NCBI RefSeq assembly: GCF_009914755.1
Contig: NC_060925.1
Source of the DNA: the human T2T-CHM13v2.0 reference genome, Homo sapiens
DNA length: 64,000 bases
Reading direction: 5' to 3' (one strand)
This document shows positions 28,347 through 43,559 of the stretch, in pieces. The notes beneath the pieces are model-generated. The model made no database searches. It saw only the letters and a program-made list of their open reading frames with translations, and was not told the DNA's origin. A program made the translations under genes and the position numbers. How positions within the stretch are numbered: position 1 is the stretch's first letter; every line of letters begins with the position of its first letter.

Positions 28347-28747
28347 CTATCATATTAGTGCAGCCCTATAAAAAATACATATCTCTATATGAACTTAATA
28401 CTCCAAGATTTTTGCCCCTCCAGACCTTTGACTATTTAGTTTTCTTTGACAAAAGAATGTCCAGTTATCCCCTTTCCGTCTGGCGACAATCTCCACATCC
28501 TTCAAAATCTCACCCTTTTATTAACTTTTCGATGATGCCTTTTACTACCCAACCACTCAGAAGTAGTTATTACTTTTCACCTTTCTTATCACTGTTCTTG
28601 TAATTAGTTATGCATGTCTCTTTTCTTCTAGACTGTGAGAACCCTGAGGGCAGGATGTATGTGTATAGTTTTAAAAAATAATTGCATGTGCTTAGCTGAC
28701 TGCTTAGAACCTGGTGTTCAGTACATGTTTGTTGGATACATGAATGG
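28346..28747 (+). mobile_element. L2 3' end
   Basis: ctagactgtgagaaccctgagggcagg...acatgtttgttggatacatgaatg. Confidence 0.8.
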
Positions 28748-30673
28748 TAAACACTGGACAACTACTTGGCAGTGTTGATGGGGAAGGGGTTCTTGTACTG
28801 CATGAATAATTCATCTTCGAGATCCCTAAAAATTGCCAGTATTCTATAAAATGCATCATAGAGAAATATAGTTCCTCCCTAAGAACCTTCAAAAACATAT
28901 GACACACTCTTCACCCTCACATGAGCGTGTGCAGATTTGTTCTGTGTAACATAAATGATTGATTGAGGAGGATTGGCCATTACTACCTGGATTCTGTTTC
29001 TGTGAAGAAAGTCCTGTTTCACAATTCCATTTATTTGTGCCTAGGTAAGGGCCCTTGCACACCATGAAAATTGACCTTTAGGTGCTCCTATGAGCTGAAA
29101 CTTCTACTAAGCATGTTCAATATTTTATTATAGATGCTTGAGGTAGGAATCAAACAGCACAGATCCTAGGTACATAACGAATTACTCTCTTCTTTGGTTT
29201 ATGAGAAAAAGAGCTATTTTTTTTCCTGTGAGTGGGTATTCTTCAAATGCAGGGATAATTTATAAGAGCAAGGTAAAGAAAAACACAATGTTTCACATAT
29301 AGCATTATTAAGCAGGATGTGGAAATTATAAGAATAATACCGGGGAACTGTCTATCAGCAAATAGACATCCTTTCCTTTTTTTAATTTTTCAGGCACAGG
29401 AAAGCAGATGGAGGCAGATATGAGTCTCACTCTGGTGGATTATTGTTCCAAACAGTAGCATGAAGTATTCATCCGACCATTTCAGCCGTGAGCTTCCTCT
29501 CAACATTGTGTGATGACCCAGATACTGAACTTTTGTCTTTTGCCTTTTACCCCATTTTCTAGAATAGACAATGCACTTTCAACTCCAGGATGATCATGCA
29601 GCCTCGGGGGTCATCAAATGAATTGATTTTTCTTGGCAATTTTTTCCTAATAAAGTACAGCTTTCAGGTTTTTTTTTTTCTATTTCTTTTTATGCCCCCA
29701 AAGGAAGGATGCCAGAAGCAGCATAACTTGTTCTTGTCATGTTAGTGAATTGTAGAAATATTAGCATTCTGGATAAGAATGCCATGGAAGCCAGGGGCCA
29801 AAAGCTCAGCAATCCATATGGTTTGCAATATATACCCTTAGGCAGGCCTCATGGGTTGTGGTTGTTTAAAAGAAAAAGAACAAACAAATACAAAACCAAA
29901 CAAAATCAGAGGGAGAAGTAAAAAGTAATTTCTTGAGTGAGAAATCAGGATGGGGGAGTCTGCCCTTTAAAACTGATCTCCTTTGTCTGCAGTGCCCCTA
30001 AACTTGTCACCCAATTACTCATGGAGGAAGTCTGCATAGACCTACATGGGCACCCTCACAGGAAGGCAAACTCAGATCTATTTCCGTATCCACCTTGTAA
30101 TTAGTTTGTACAGGGGAAATTACTGTGGACTAATGGAGTAGCCTCTTTCCATTTGTGGCTTCTCTGTTAGTTTTCAGCAGGGAAAGTGTGGGACAGAAAA
30201 TTTGCTTTGTAAAAACCACATAAAACTTTTCAAGGTACTCTTAACTCCTAGCTCTCTTAGAAAATTAAGGTTTCCTTCTCCTAAAAGTCTATGTTAGCTT
30301 GTTTTCAAATAAAGTTTTGAGTTATGTTATTCTCTCACTAAAACTTTACCATCAAAGTAATACTGAATATAGTCACTCCTTGTAGATGTTAGGCTGTGAT
30401 AACAATAATAATAATCTTGCATAGTTGATTATAATTTCAACAATGAAAACACTCATTTTATATTATTAAGATATGAACTTAAAATTGTACAAATTGTATT
30501 ACAGTCTAAATTTATGTGAGACAGAGAAAATAACATTCTCAGATGTTTTATAAGAGACCATTGACTAATAATACTTAAGTTCAATTATTTAATCATGTGC
30601 CTATGAAGTTTATCTAAACCTATTTATAAAACTCATCTATATATTAGTATATTAATGCTTTGCTTACTTCTAA

Positions 30674-30989
30674 TTTTTATTTTTTATTTTATTTTACTTT
30701 TTGAGACAAAGTCTGGCTCTGTCACCCAGGCTGGAATGTAGTGGCACTATCTTGGCTCACTGCAACCTCCCCATCCTGGGCGCATGTGATCCTGATCCTC
30801 CCACCTCCGCCTCCTGAGTAGCTGGGACCACAGTTGTGCTCCAGTATGCCCAGCTAATTTTGTACTTTTGGTAGAGATGGGGTTTCACTGTGTTGTCCAG
30901 GCTGGTCTTGAACTACTGCACGCAAGTGATCCACCAGCCTCGACTTCCCAAAGTGCTAGAATGACAGGCATGAGCCACTGTGCCGGCCC
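30674..30989 (-). mobile_element. AluJ
   Basis: Diverged dimeric Alu with gtgatcc..cccacctc; TSD ctttgcttacttctaa on both sides. Confidence 0.92.
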
Positions 30990-31088
30990 GATACTTTGCT
31001 TACTTCTAAGGATTAATTTTATGTGATGATTCTTTGCTAACAATGAAGTTTTTTTGTTTTGTTTTGTTTTTTGTTTTTTGGTTTTTTT

Positions 31089-31330
31089 TAGTTCTACTGC
31101 ATAGTGTGGTAAATACAGTTTATAGAGTATTGAACATTTCCAAATGGCTAAAAGAGTAAATTTTAAATGTTCTCACTAAAAAAATGCTAAGTATTTAAGG
31201 TGATGGATATGTTAAGCAGCTTGATTTAATTTTTATTCCACATTATACTCATAAATCATAACATTACTTTGTACCCCGTATATTTATACAGCTATAGATT
31301 ATCAATTTACAATACAAATGTCTTTTAAAA
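31089..31330 (+). mobile_element. L1MA 3' UTR end
   Basis: aaatggctaaaagagtaaattttaaatgttctcac...ggtgatggatatgttaa..agcttgatttaat. Confidence 0.82.
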
Positions 31331-32221
31331 GATTATTTTGGTATTGTTTATTTGGACTTCTGAAATTGTCAGTATTATATGAACTTGCCCTTCAGGTTCA
31401 TAGGTATGTTAAAAATGCCTTTTATTTTTCCTTCCACACTAGTTTTTTTCTTTCATATATGGTTCCATTTATCTAGAATGGAGAGTTAATTTGGAAGATA
31501 AGATGAAACTATTGGAAGACAACCAACGAATATGTTAAGGACTAATGATCATGAATTTTCCAGTTAGTGTCCCCTTGAGACTGAGGTGACTATTTGCTCA
31601 TCCTTAAGCTAAAATGTGATTAATTCAGAATGAAAACCTCATCAGGCCCCATGTTCTCCACCAGATTTGACTTAGGATGATTTTAAGCTACCAGATGGCA
31701 ATGGCTTTGCATGTCTCCTAGAACCTAATAGGCACTTGTTTACTGAGTATGATGTTGGTGATCATGGTGTTGATGAAAATAATAGGAAACCCATCACACT
31801 GAAGCGGAGCCCAAGGTTAATGCATGACGTATCTGATCTTAATGAGCTTAAAGCAGTTGCTGTAAGGACCTGAAGGAGCCGGTGATACCATGTAAAGGAC
31901 CAGAACTAATGGCAAAAAATCCTGGCTAGTTATTACCTTTTCAGAAAGAGTGGTTGGATATATTATCAGGCTGTTTGAAAATACGTTAAATCATGATTAT
32001 GCATGCATACATACTATGTGTCAATTCTCATATATGACAATCAGTGGGAAAATGCACTGTCCTGTGACTATAAAACTAAATCTGGGTTCTGGGAATTATT
32101 TTTAATATGTATTTAAATGTATTGACCCTAAAAAAATAGTTTTAAATTTTTATCTATGTGCCTTTGTTTCCTAACCCTAAATGAGAAAATGTGCCTGATT
32201 TTTTCAGGAGCAGATTAACCT

Positions 32222-32532
<311 letters not shown>

Positions 32533-34904
32533 TGAGTATGACAAGGGAAATGCTCTTTCCTAATTTTAGTATCTTGATTTCCTAACATGGCATAAGTGGA
32601 AATTCCTCCACCTCCCAACAGAACAGCAATGCCATCACCATTTCTTCTAACATCTTCTCACACTTACCTGAACGTAAGTGGGAAACAGTTACATCTGAAC
32701 CATTGGTTAGGAGCTGACGCTAGACTGAGATGGTCTCCTCACAGTGGTGGGGAGAGAGATGCTAGAACCACCACAGATGTATTGAAATAATGAATGGCAG
32801 CATGATTGCTTGATCCTGGTTGTTTCAGGTTCTGGCATATCTTAAGGCACTGAATAAGAATGGACATCCTCAATTTTATTCTCCATTCCAACTCAAAGCA
32901 GGAAAATATACTCACTATGTAACATTTAAAGGATTTTAAGATCTTTGTATAAAGTACAAAGTTCACAACATTTACAAAAACTTAGCATACACATACACCC
33001 ACACATACACAAACACACACCCTGAATTCAATTCTATTGCCCTATTGCTTTTAAGGCTGGCAGGGAAACCTCCTTCTTTTCCTATTGGTCTATTTTTCTA
33101 TTTATCCTGTTTTTCAAATAGTTTCTTGCAGTGTTTACTGTATATATCTGAACTATGATTTGGGCTCTTACCAATGAGCTTGCCTTCAAGGGTTTATAAA
33201 TGTTTCTCACTCGTTTTCTCCTCATATCTTTAGAATCATTTTAAAGCTCTTGTTGGTGGGTAAGCAATGATGAAAGGTGGCAGGCAAGACCTCTTGTATA
33301 TTTCTGGAGAAGTAATTAGTGAGTTAGGTCCCTGAGAGACATGGGTGATATATTACAGCTTGTAGGTGGTTTGGCAAGACAGATATTACTCCCCCTTCGC
33401 AACTCTAATCAACTTACGTATTTTAAAGCAGAGGTAAGACAATGGCAGCAAATGGAAGAAAGTGTGTTTATAAACAATATATTTGTGTTTTCTGTGTTGA
33501 CACAGAAACTCTCTAGACATTCATTACATACTTAATGTCAGCCTGACAACTGATGGTGGAAGTTGGTAGGTATCAGTAAACCCTTTAATGTTTATTTCAA
33601 CAAACACTGATAAGGAACTCTGAGCTTGGATTTTACAATAAGAAGAAAATAAATGATATATACTGGGCATACTCCCTTTTCACCTTCCCTTAAGGGTAGC
33701 CAGGCTTGACATTTACTGTGGCATAAGTGAGACCAGAAAACTGAACTGCAGAGAAGCTTATTACTTATAATAGTAAAGGTAGCAGTGTTTATTTCTATGC
33801 AAACATTCCATTTCCTGTTGACAATGTCAAGCTACATATTTAATTGATCTCATTAAACATGGTCAGATATTTTTACATTACACCTTGTGAATTTGAAATG
33901 AGAATATATTGATTAAGATAGGGCTCTGGAATAAAAATCCTTCTAACCCTGTCATAAACTTTCATAAATATGTTGGTTGAAACTACTTAGCATTTCTATA
34001 TCTACAGTTCTCAGGACAATTTCCAAATTGTTCATCAGGAATGATGGACAGCATGCCTGGCCCAGGTAAGGAGCAGATATTCAACTCATATTGCAAAGAA
34101 ATATGCTTCTTAATCCTATCATGGGAATGAATGGAATACTAATCCTACCCCCCACCCCATATTCCTATCACCTTTCTGGTATCTGAAGAGTGAATGCAAA
34201 TACTTGGCTTGCATTCCACCAGTACTCAGTCAAAGCCTGTCTGACATCACTAACTGATTATTGTACTCTTGGCTCTGTGGCCCAGATGTGGTGTCAAAAT
34301 CCTTGTCAGCATAGATCTCTAAGAAGCGACTCTTAATGGTTCAGAATTGCCTCTTGAGATGAGATTTATTTCATCATTGTCATACTGGCTTTCTAGTTCC
34401 TTATAGACTACTCCTTGACCCCCTTTATACAAGAAAAGCTCATCTCTATATTATATTTTTGGATCCTTCCTTGATCTCTTGATAATAAGAAGTAGATTCC
34501 TGTTTCTCTCTCTATAATAGTGAGTAGCATCTAGGCTATCTATCTATGCTTTGAACACCATCCTATTTCTCAGTTCAGATTACTAGTACCAGAAAAAGTG
34601 GCACATGTAAAATGGAAAAGCAGAGAAAGGTTAGCATTAAAAGCCAAAACAGATTTCTTGATTTAATTTCTATATTCCCTGACAGCTATAATTATTGTAA
34701 TTACAATTATTATAACTACCTGTAGATCTCACTTCAGCAAAATGTTTCTATTGTCCACCATATGCCTCAGTTCTTCAAGGCTCTGCTCTCATTTCTCTTC
34801 TCTGAGAAACAAAAATCAAACAAACAAAAATTACTCATGTTTTATGAGGCAAGGGGACAGGGATTGGGAACTAGATGCATGAAGAGTAGTGATGACCTCA
34901 GCCT

Positions 34905-36230
34905 AATTTATATTTATCCATCCATTAATTTATTCCATAACTACTTAGCATCTGTGATATGCCAGCAGTGGAGAGCCTAATGAAAAGGAAGCAGTGAGCC
35001 AAACAGACTTAAAGAGCTTATGGTCTAAAATCGAAGGGAGAAATTAATCAATGCACAAATATGTAAATACAATCTGTGATACATCCTATGAAAGAACAGT
35101 AGAGAGACTGAGGAAACAGAGCAGAGAACTGATCTAGTCTGGCAGAACAGGCTTTTCTGACGAGGAAAGGTTTAAGCTAAACTTGAAAGGCTGAGTAGAA
35201 TGTAATCAGGTGGAAGGTTGATGTGGGAGAAATAAGGAGAATCTCCCAGGTAAAGAGCATAGCAGGTGCCAAGTCCTCTAAACAAGAAGGTATGTCTTTG
35301 AAGGATGTCTTTGAAGAATTAAGTGTGAAGGGAGAGCAGAGTAAAAGGGAGACGTGAGTAAGTGGTGGAAGATACTGCTAAAGAGCTAGGCAGGGCCTAG
35401 GCAGACCATATGATGCTTGTTGACCATGCCCATAAATGCAGATAAACTGTTTTAAACAAGAGTTATCACATGGTGTCCTTTGCTTGTACGAGATCATTTC
35501 AGTTTTAGATAATAAATTGGTAACAGATAAGAGTAGATATCAATATTCAAGAGGTCATTGCACTTGTCCAGGTATGACATGATAGTTTGGACAAAAGTGA
35601 AGATGGAGATGAAGATAGGTGGACAGACGTAAAATGTATTTAGAAGAAAAATCAACTGTGTTATAAGATGATGGAAGGCCAGATGTGGTGGTTTATGCTT
35701 ATAATACAGCAATTTGGAAGGCCAAAGTGGAAGGATTGTTTGAAGCCAGGAATTTGAGATCAGCCTGGGAAAGACAGTGAGACCCTGTCTCTACCAAAAA
35801 ATATTAGCTGGGCATGGCGGCTTGCATCTGTTGTCCCAGCTACTTAGGGGGCTGAGGTGGGAGGATCACTTGAGCCCAGGAGGTCAAGGCTGCAAAGAAT
35901 TATGGTTGCACCACTGCACTCCAGTTTGGGCCTGGAACAAGACCTTGTCTCTAAAAATAAATAAATCCATACATAAATACATAAATAAAATAAAAAAATA
36001 AGGTAGTGGGAATAGAGGGGCTAACTTGGGATGTAGAGGTCAATGATGATTTTAAAATACTAGTTTGTCCACCCAGGATTGAGTTTTCTGCTGTTCACTG
36101 AGTCAGGAGACAAGGAAAGATGAGGTTTTGAGGATTTTGACCATGTATTTGGTGTAATTGATTTGCTGGTGAATTTCCAAAATAGAGTTGGCAAATAGTT
36201 GGATATACTGATATCAATCACTTTGAGGTG
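34905..36230 (-). mobile_element. L2 fragments, interrupted by AluJ
   Basis: Antisense L2 3' end atccatccattaatttattcc, followed by purine-rich L2 body. Confidence 0.72.
35677..36000 (+). mobile_element. AluJ with (TAAA)n-type tail
   Basis: ggccagatgtggtggtttatgc...gggaggatcacttgagcccaggaggtcaaggctgca. Confidence 0.92.
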
Positions 36231-36233
36231 GGA

Positions 36234-36298
36234 ATATATATATGTGTGTATGTGTATGTATGTGTGCATATATATATGTGTGTGTATATATATATATG
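36234..36298. repeat. (TA)/(TG) mixed microsatellite
   Basis: Seen directly. Confidence 0.85.
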
Positions 36299-36469
36299 AG
36301 AGTCATTGACATATATCCACTCATTTTGTAATTATATCCATAAAGATTCATCGACCCAATTAAGACATTTTCCTGTTTAACTTATTCATAGGTTTTGTTT
36401 CCCTATTACAGACAGATATCAACTGGTTTCTAAATTATTAGATTGGTATGGAGGTGGTGGTGATGGGGT

Positions 36470-36660
36470 CGATTTACTGACATGTATCAAGTAAATGTTA
36501 TGTGCCAAGAACTGCACTAGGTACTCTACATATATTATCTTATTTACTTATTCTCACACCTGGGAAATATTCACTTTTACACAGGGGAGAAAATGGGCTC
36601 AGAGAAATTGAATACTTTTATAAAGATCTTTCAGCAACTAAGTATAATTCTGAGGACGCT
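36470..36660 (-). mobile_element. MIR
   Basis: tatgtgccaagaactgcactaggtactctaca...ttttacacaggggagaaaatgggctcagaga. Confidence 0.75.
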
Positions 36661-36999
36661 TGCACTTTCTACTGTGATAAGTTCTTTCTCACAGATTTCA
36701 AAACAGTAAGTGATTGTATGATAGCATATATGATATCCAAATGCAATGTTTCAGATACTATATTGGTTCTTCCATTTTAGAATATAATTTAATATTGATT
36801 CATATTTTTAATAAACATGTTACTGGAAAATATTTATGAGAGTGTCAGTTTAAAAATAGTTATTCATGAAACTTTTGATGAACACGGACTATGTGGTAAG
36901 GAATTCTTATTAGGGCTGGGAGAATATAAATTTCAACCGTTGACACTCCCTCCCATCAATTTGCCCTTTTCTAATAGCAAGAATAAAGAAACACAGTAC

Positions 37000-37230
37000 T
37001 CATATTTATCTGCAGTTGCCTATGTGACTTGCTTTATGCCAATTACTTTACATGGTGTTCTTACTTAATCCTTATTATGTGATTAAGAGCTAGGTAGGTA
37101 TCATGTTCTCCATGTTAGAGGAGATAAAAATGAAGTTCAAAGTCACACAACTGGTAAGTGGCGGATCTAAGTCTTGGATTCAATTTGGTTGGAGTCCATA
37201 TTCCAAATTTGTGATCAGTAGATACTGCTG
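37000..37230 (-). mobile_element. MIR
   Basis: tcttacttaatcctt...aaagtcacacaactggtaagtggcgga. Confidence 0.75.
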
Positions 37231-38306
37231 CCTGTCTCTCTTTTTGACTAATGGTTAAGCAAACCATTTGATGGGTTATGCTAGTTTTCATTATCCTATA
37301 AAGTGGGAAAATGAAGGACGAAGTAGTTATGCAAATGAAAATTTCTAGAAAGACAGAAAATAATGAGTTGTATTTAAAGGAATGTCTTACAACTTATTTT
37401 CTATTAAGGGAGATAAATGTATACATTTACTAAGTGTTGATAATAAATATTATACCATTTTTCCATGGAATTGAAAATTGAAACCACTGCAGAGAAATGG
37501 TGTACTTTAAATGTGCTTATTAATTCAGACTCTGAAGAGGTTTCACATATTGCCTTTCACATGAAGACAATGGTTTATTTTATAGGCTTTGTGCCATATT
37601 CTATTTTAATTCAACTTTGCAGTGGGTAGAAGTGTTCCATATTTGTTTTCCTGTGAAACTAGATATTGTCAAAACACAAATCAAATTTTAAAATAATTTT
37701 TTTCTTTTATTTATTGGGAGTAAATTTGAAACGTAGGATATTTCGGTTTAAGTAGCTTATATTCTAAAGTTTTACTATTGAATTCTCTTGGCTGTCAGTG
37801 GAAAAAAAAAAGCTTTCTTCCTATGTAGTTTGATCACTTGGCTACAGTGAATTTCTATTTCTGAAATAGGAAAATGTTAGTGAAGGAGGCCAAGATTCTT
37901 ATAATAGCTTAAAGTTATGGTTTTTATATTTTAAAAGTTCAACATTAATGCTTCATGAAGTCAAGGGTGTTTATACTATTTAATCAGAGTCTGAAGTTAA
38001 CGGGAGCTTCTAGATGCCCTTGACTGTCTTTAGAGCCAAATAAGTAGATATTGAAAATAAAACCTTTCTTAATTTAAGCATCCTAATGTTTTCTAATATT
38101 TTGAAGCACATGGACAAATATATGAGTATGTGACATTATTCACAACAATTTCATATTACAAGAAGAAATTTTGTGTATTTGTACATTCATTCCCTACTAG
38201 GTGCCAAACTATGCTTAGACAGTATGTATACAAAAATGGATGTGGTACAATCTGTGTTTTCAAGAAACTCATAATCTATTGAGGAAGGGGACAAATAAAA
38301 CAAATA

Positions 38307-38649
38307 CAGATGGTGCCCAAATTGCGATTTTCCAGCTTCATGATGGTGTAAAAGCAATATGCACTCAGTAGAAACCATACTTCTAGTACCCATACAACCA
38401 TTCTGTTTTGCACTGTCAGTACAGTATTGATAAATTACATGAGATAGTCAACACTTTATTATTCAATGGGCTTTGTGTTAGATAATTTTGCCTAACTGTA
38501 GGCTAATGTAAATGTTCTGATTACATAATCTAGGCTAGGCTGAACTATGATATTCAGGTTAGATGTTTAAATGCATTTTGACTTACAATATTTTAAACTT
38601 ATGATGGGTTTATTGAGATGTAATGGCATCATAAGTGCAGGAGCATCTG
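38307..38649. mobile_element. MER47A-like Tc-mariner/Tigger MITE
   Basis: TA|cagatg...catctg|TA termini with TA target duplication; MER47A-type body gtagaaaccatacttc..gtacccatacaaccattctg. Confidence 0.88.
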
Positions 38650-39295
38650 TACTCTAAAACTGAAAATTACACAATTAATCAAACAGAATGACCTAGTTTT
38701 TTATGATAAAAGGAAAGGAAAGCAAATAATTTAAGAGTAAAAGGAGGGAGAATGGAAGAGAGAGAGAGAGAGAAACAGAGAGCGATCCATTCACAGAAGC
38801 ACAAAATATCACCCCTACCCTCCTCTCCAAAAAAACATTTATCTAAGCTCATTCATGGTCATGTCTGTTTGTATACCTATGTGTTAGCGACTCTGGGTGC
38901 AAACACAGAAGTTAAATTAATGTGTTTTAATATATATGCATGCTGAATTTAACTACCACCAAATTGTTTTTCAAAAGGATTGCATCAGTTTACAACCCCA
39001 ACAGTAGCAAACACAGGTCATATTTTTCCAGTCTCACCAGCACTTTCTATTTATATTATTATTTTAATTTCATTTCTCTTATTTTTTGTGCAGTTGAAAA
39101 GCTTTTTACATACATATTAATCTTTTTTTTATTTTCCTATAGTCAATTGGCTATTCACATCTTTTTCTAAATTTTGTTCTATATATGAATTCTTGTTAGT
39201 TATGTATTTTGTAATCTTCTTTTCCCAGTGTCTTCTGTCTTTTTAGTTTTTCTATGGCAGATTCTACTTTGTAATTTTGATTATATATTTTACAA

Positions 39296-39924
<629 letters not shown>

Positions 39925-41149
39925 ATTCCTAAAAATGTATTTATTAATTTGTGTTTTACTTGGTCTTTAAAACTGCATCCTGTCTTTGTTTATTCCTATT
40001 TAATAATTCCAGTATCTGATGTCCTTGGTGGACTCTAAACCTGTTGTTTCATACTCAAGGTGGCGTGTTGCTGTGTGTTCTTGGTGCTCATTGGTGCTGA
40101 GTTCATCTTGATGTCTTAATATGTAGGAATTCTATAGGCCTAAATTGGAGACGCTGTTCCAGAGAGGATCTATCATCTGCTTTTACCATAGGATGATCAA
40201 GCAAGCGATGACCACAGAATGCAAAAATATGGGACTACCCATTTTAATTCATTCACATTTTGGATATTTTCACGACAGTTGAGTTTACTCTGATTCTTTT
40301 ACGTGAAAATAAAGTCTCTGGAGGAAGTCCAAACATTTCTGGAAAATACTTGAAAAGGTGTTGGTTGCCACGTAAAAGACAGGAATATAGAACATCACTA
40401 AAATATGTTATAATCCAAATGTTTTAGTGACTTTTAAGAATTGGTTCTTGTGGAAACTAGTCAGCATTGTGGGAAAAAAATGCTCCATACTGAAATGGTT
40501 TGCTTGATCTTTGGGGTAATGTTTTCTAAATTTTATGCTGACAATGTTAATTTGCTGATATTTTCTGTCATTTTAAATGGCTTTTTGAAAAAGTGTGATT
40601 GATATAATACAAAGATGTTTCAAGTCTTTAAGAAATTGGAGCTCAGAATTAAAACTGCTCCCAATAAAAGACTAATAATGATCCAGAGGTCCATGGAAAT
40701 AAAAAGCCAAAGGAAGATTGTAAACATGTATTTTTCTCTCAGAACATCTGTGACTCTTGTGACTTTAGGTGTTATGAGTATATTTTGGGGGACTTACTTT
40801 GACTTTGGAAGATCTTTTGCTGTTCAGAGGGCTGATGTCCAGGTGACACTGAAAAGGAGATCGTTGGGAAGTTTGCAGCTAGGTCCTCGTACTTGAGCAT
40901 AAAGTCAAAAAGAAAAAACTATAATTTGATGACACTGTTAAGTGTGAAAATATAGAGCACAATGCTTGACAATTGGTGGATAGAAAGAAACATGAGTCAA
41001 TAAGCTCTGTTTTAGAGCTAGGTAGAAGAAATATGTTGAATTTAAAATCTTAGCCTAAACTCACAACCTTAGGGGAGAAAGTTAATTTTTTATTCAGTTG
41101 CTACAATGATTTAAATATTTTCTTCTCTTCTGTCATTCTGTTTATCTCC

Positions 41150-41290
41150 AACAGATTATGGTTTGTGATGTTGTCCATCCTAGTCCCAGATTTTGTTCTC
41201 TACTACTATCCCTCACTGAAAGGAGCCAGGTTTCCTTGTAGAAAAGATTGTTCCATGTTTGGGACAGGAGTTTTCAAGATAAACATTTAC
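41150..41290 (+). mobile_element. L1MC-like 3' fragment
   Basis: cactgaaaggagccaggtttccttgtagaaaagattg..tccatgtttgggacagga. Confidence 0.55.
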
Positions 41291-42413
41291 TTGAGATAGA
41301 TAAAAGTCATACCTATTAATCTATCAATGTGATCAATCATTTAAAATCCATTTGCTCACATGCAAGCGCACAAACACACACACATACACACAGGCTAGGA
41401 AAGGATGCAAACCATCTAGTAAGTAAAGGAAAGTGAAAAACTTTTATTTGTTTAAGTGATAAAATACCTTATTAATATTGAGTGGTTTGAGTTGATGTTG
41501 ATATCCATCTGAGATTTAAAAGATATTTCCCTTGTTCAATTAACCCTCTAAAAACATAAAATTGAGGGTTGGTGGGAGGAGAAGACCTCAAAAAGGTATG
41601 AAATCCAGGCCTAAGTGTGGTTCCCCCAGCTAAATTGTGTGAACCTTTGCTTCACACAATGTAGCAGAAAACATTCAGGGATGTTTTGGAGTTGTTCTGA
41701 ACTAGTGACTTGTGCTTGGAGGTCAGGCAGGCCTGTTAGAGCACCTTACTTCTCAGAGGATTTTGGACTATTGGGAAAACTCTATCCCCATCTAAGCACA
41801 TCCTTTGCTATTTCTGGCTTTATGGATTATTTGTCTATGTAGTTTTCTGCTTCTTTTATTAAAAGAGGTCCTCTTCATTCTTTGTGCATGCTGGCATCTA
41901 TCAATCACATCTTTGAATCATTGTGGCAGGCGCCACACTAGATTCCGAAGTGGACTGGACATCAAAAGATCAAGTTCAGAGGCTCAGTTTTAAGGTCAAA
42001 AGCAAAAAATAATGTCATGGAAACATACTTTGCATGTTACATTTAGGTACTGAGTCTACTGAGCTGAAACTGTATAAAGATCAAAGCAAGTAAATTAAAA
42101 TAATCTTAACATAGAAAATAATTCATTCTAATGAAAAAGTTGTTTGGTATTGTTTGCTAATTAATTGTATCATGTGAAGTGATATATACCCTTTGAAGTT
42201 GAATAAGGAGAGTCTTAGTTATTAAGAAAAATAAAAGACATACTTCGGGACATACAATAATGAAGAAGGTAAAGTTGAATAGGATTTACTGAAAATAAAT
42301 ACTATAAAATTAATTGACTAAACCAATAAACAATATTTTATGAATGTGAATACGAATTCATTGAAACGCATTGTATATACCTGAAGCTGAAGAAGGGAGG
42401 TAAAGAGAAAAAG

Positions 42414-42454
42414 ACAAAACAGAAAACAAAACAAAACAAAACAAAACAAAAAAC
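42414..42454. repeat. (AAAAC)n repeat
   Basis: Seen directly. Confidence 0.9.
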
Positions 42455-43559
42455 GAGCGATTGAGGAAGGGGATGAGGTTTGTTTAGGTGAGAGCAAAAT
42501 GAATTATTTGCTTGAGTATTCCCCAAAGAAGAGGAAGGTAGTATTCTAGAAACTGCAATGCATTCTCCTTAGGGGAAAGTGTGATGTTAAAAGGCTTTAC
42601 CATCACACTAGAGCAGATAATTAGGCAATTACAACTATTAAATTTGACAGAGCGTTAGTTTAAATGCATTACACACTAGAATTCTGAAAGAAGTAACAAA
42701 TAGTACAATTTTTAGTAAATACTTTTGATAAGTCATTGAGGACAACATCTCACCAGAGGGCCAAAGGGTGCTAATGTATTCCCATATTTTGGAAAAGAGC
42801 TTGTGCATGGAGGCACATGCGTGCATACACACTCACACACACAAAAGGTTCTGGAAAAAAACTCTCAGGAAAGCCTGACAATTCTCATGTCCTTTTCCTC
42901 TTTTATATTCAATTATTGCAGTGTACTTATAGATATTAACCCACCAATCATCAAAAGACCTTTCAAAAGTAGACAGCAAGTATCATTTCAGAACCTTCTG
43001 CTTTGATTTATAGATATTAAAACAGAAACAAAAAGAAGTCACCTTGAAGGCTGGTGGAAAGACCAAGCCTAAGATTTAAGTAATTGAAAATTATCAAACA
43101 TTTGGTAATGCATGATTTAGTAATACCGGAGTTAACTTACAACACTGTCCTCATCACCTTGCTATAAAATCTTTCAATGGATTGCTGTTGCATTTTTAAA
43201 AAGTATGAAATATTGCTACACTGAATAATAATTGAATATAATAATCACATACTGTTTATCACTTACCTTCCAAATTCCATGCTTTACAGGTCTCACTAGA
43301 TACTGCAAGTATACATCTGAATTGGTATAAAGAACTTTTAAAACAACAGTCATGTCTGCTTGCATTGCATCAGAAGTCCCAAACGCTTTGGTTCTAAAGA
43401 TTAGCAACTAGTTGGTGGTATCATTTGCAGCCCTGTCATTATCAACTACCCTCAGGTCAGTGACAGAAAATGATGGTCATAGTGGATCTTAGCATAATGA
43501 TTAGACCTATTAAAGATCTTCACTTTTATTGAAGTGCACTGAGGCAGGCTCTCAGGCTG

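Noticed and set aside
42745-42765. CTCF-like caccagagggc (similar weak matches near 590 and 31690)
   Set aside because: Partial core matches only; cannot be supported without ChIP data
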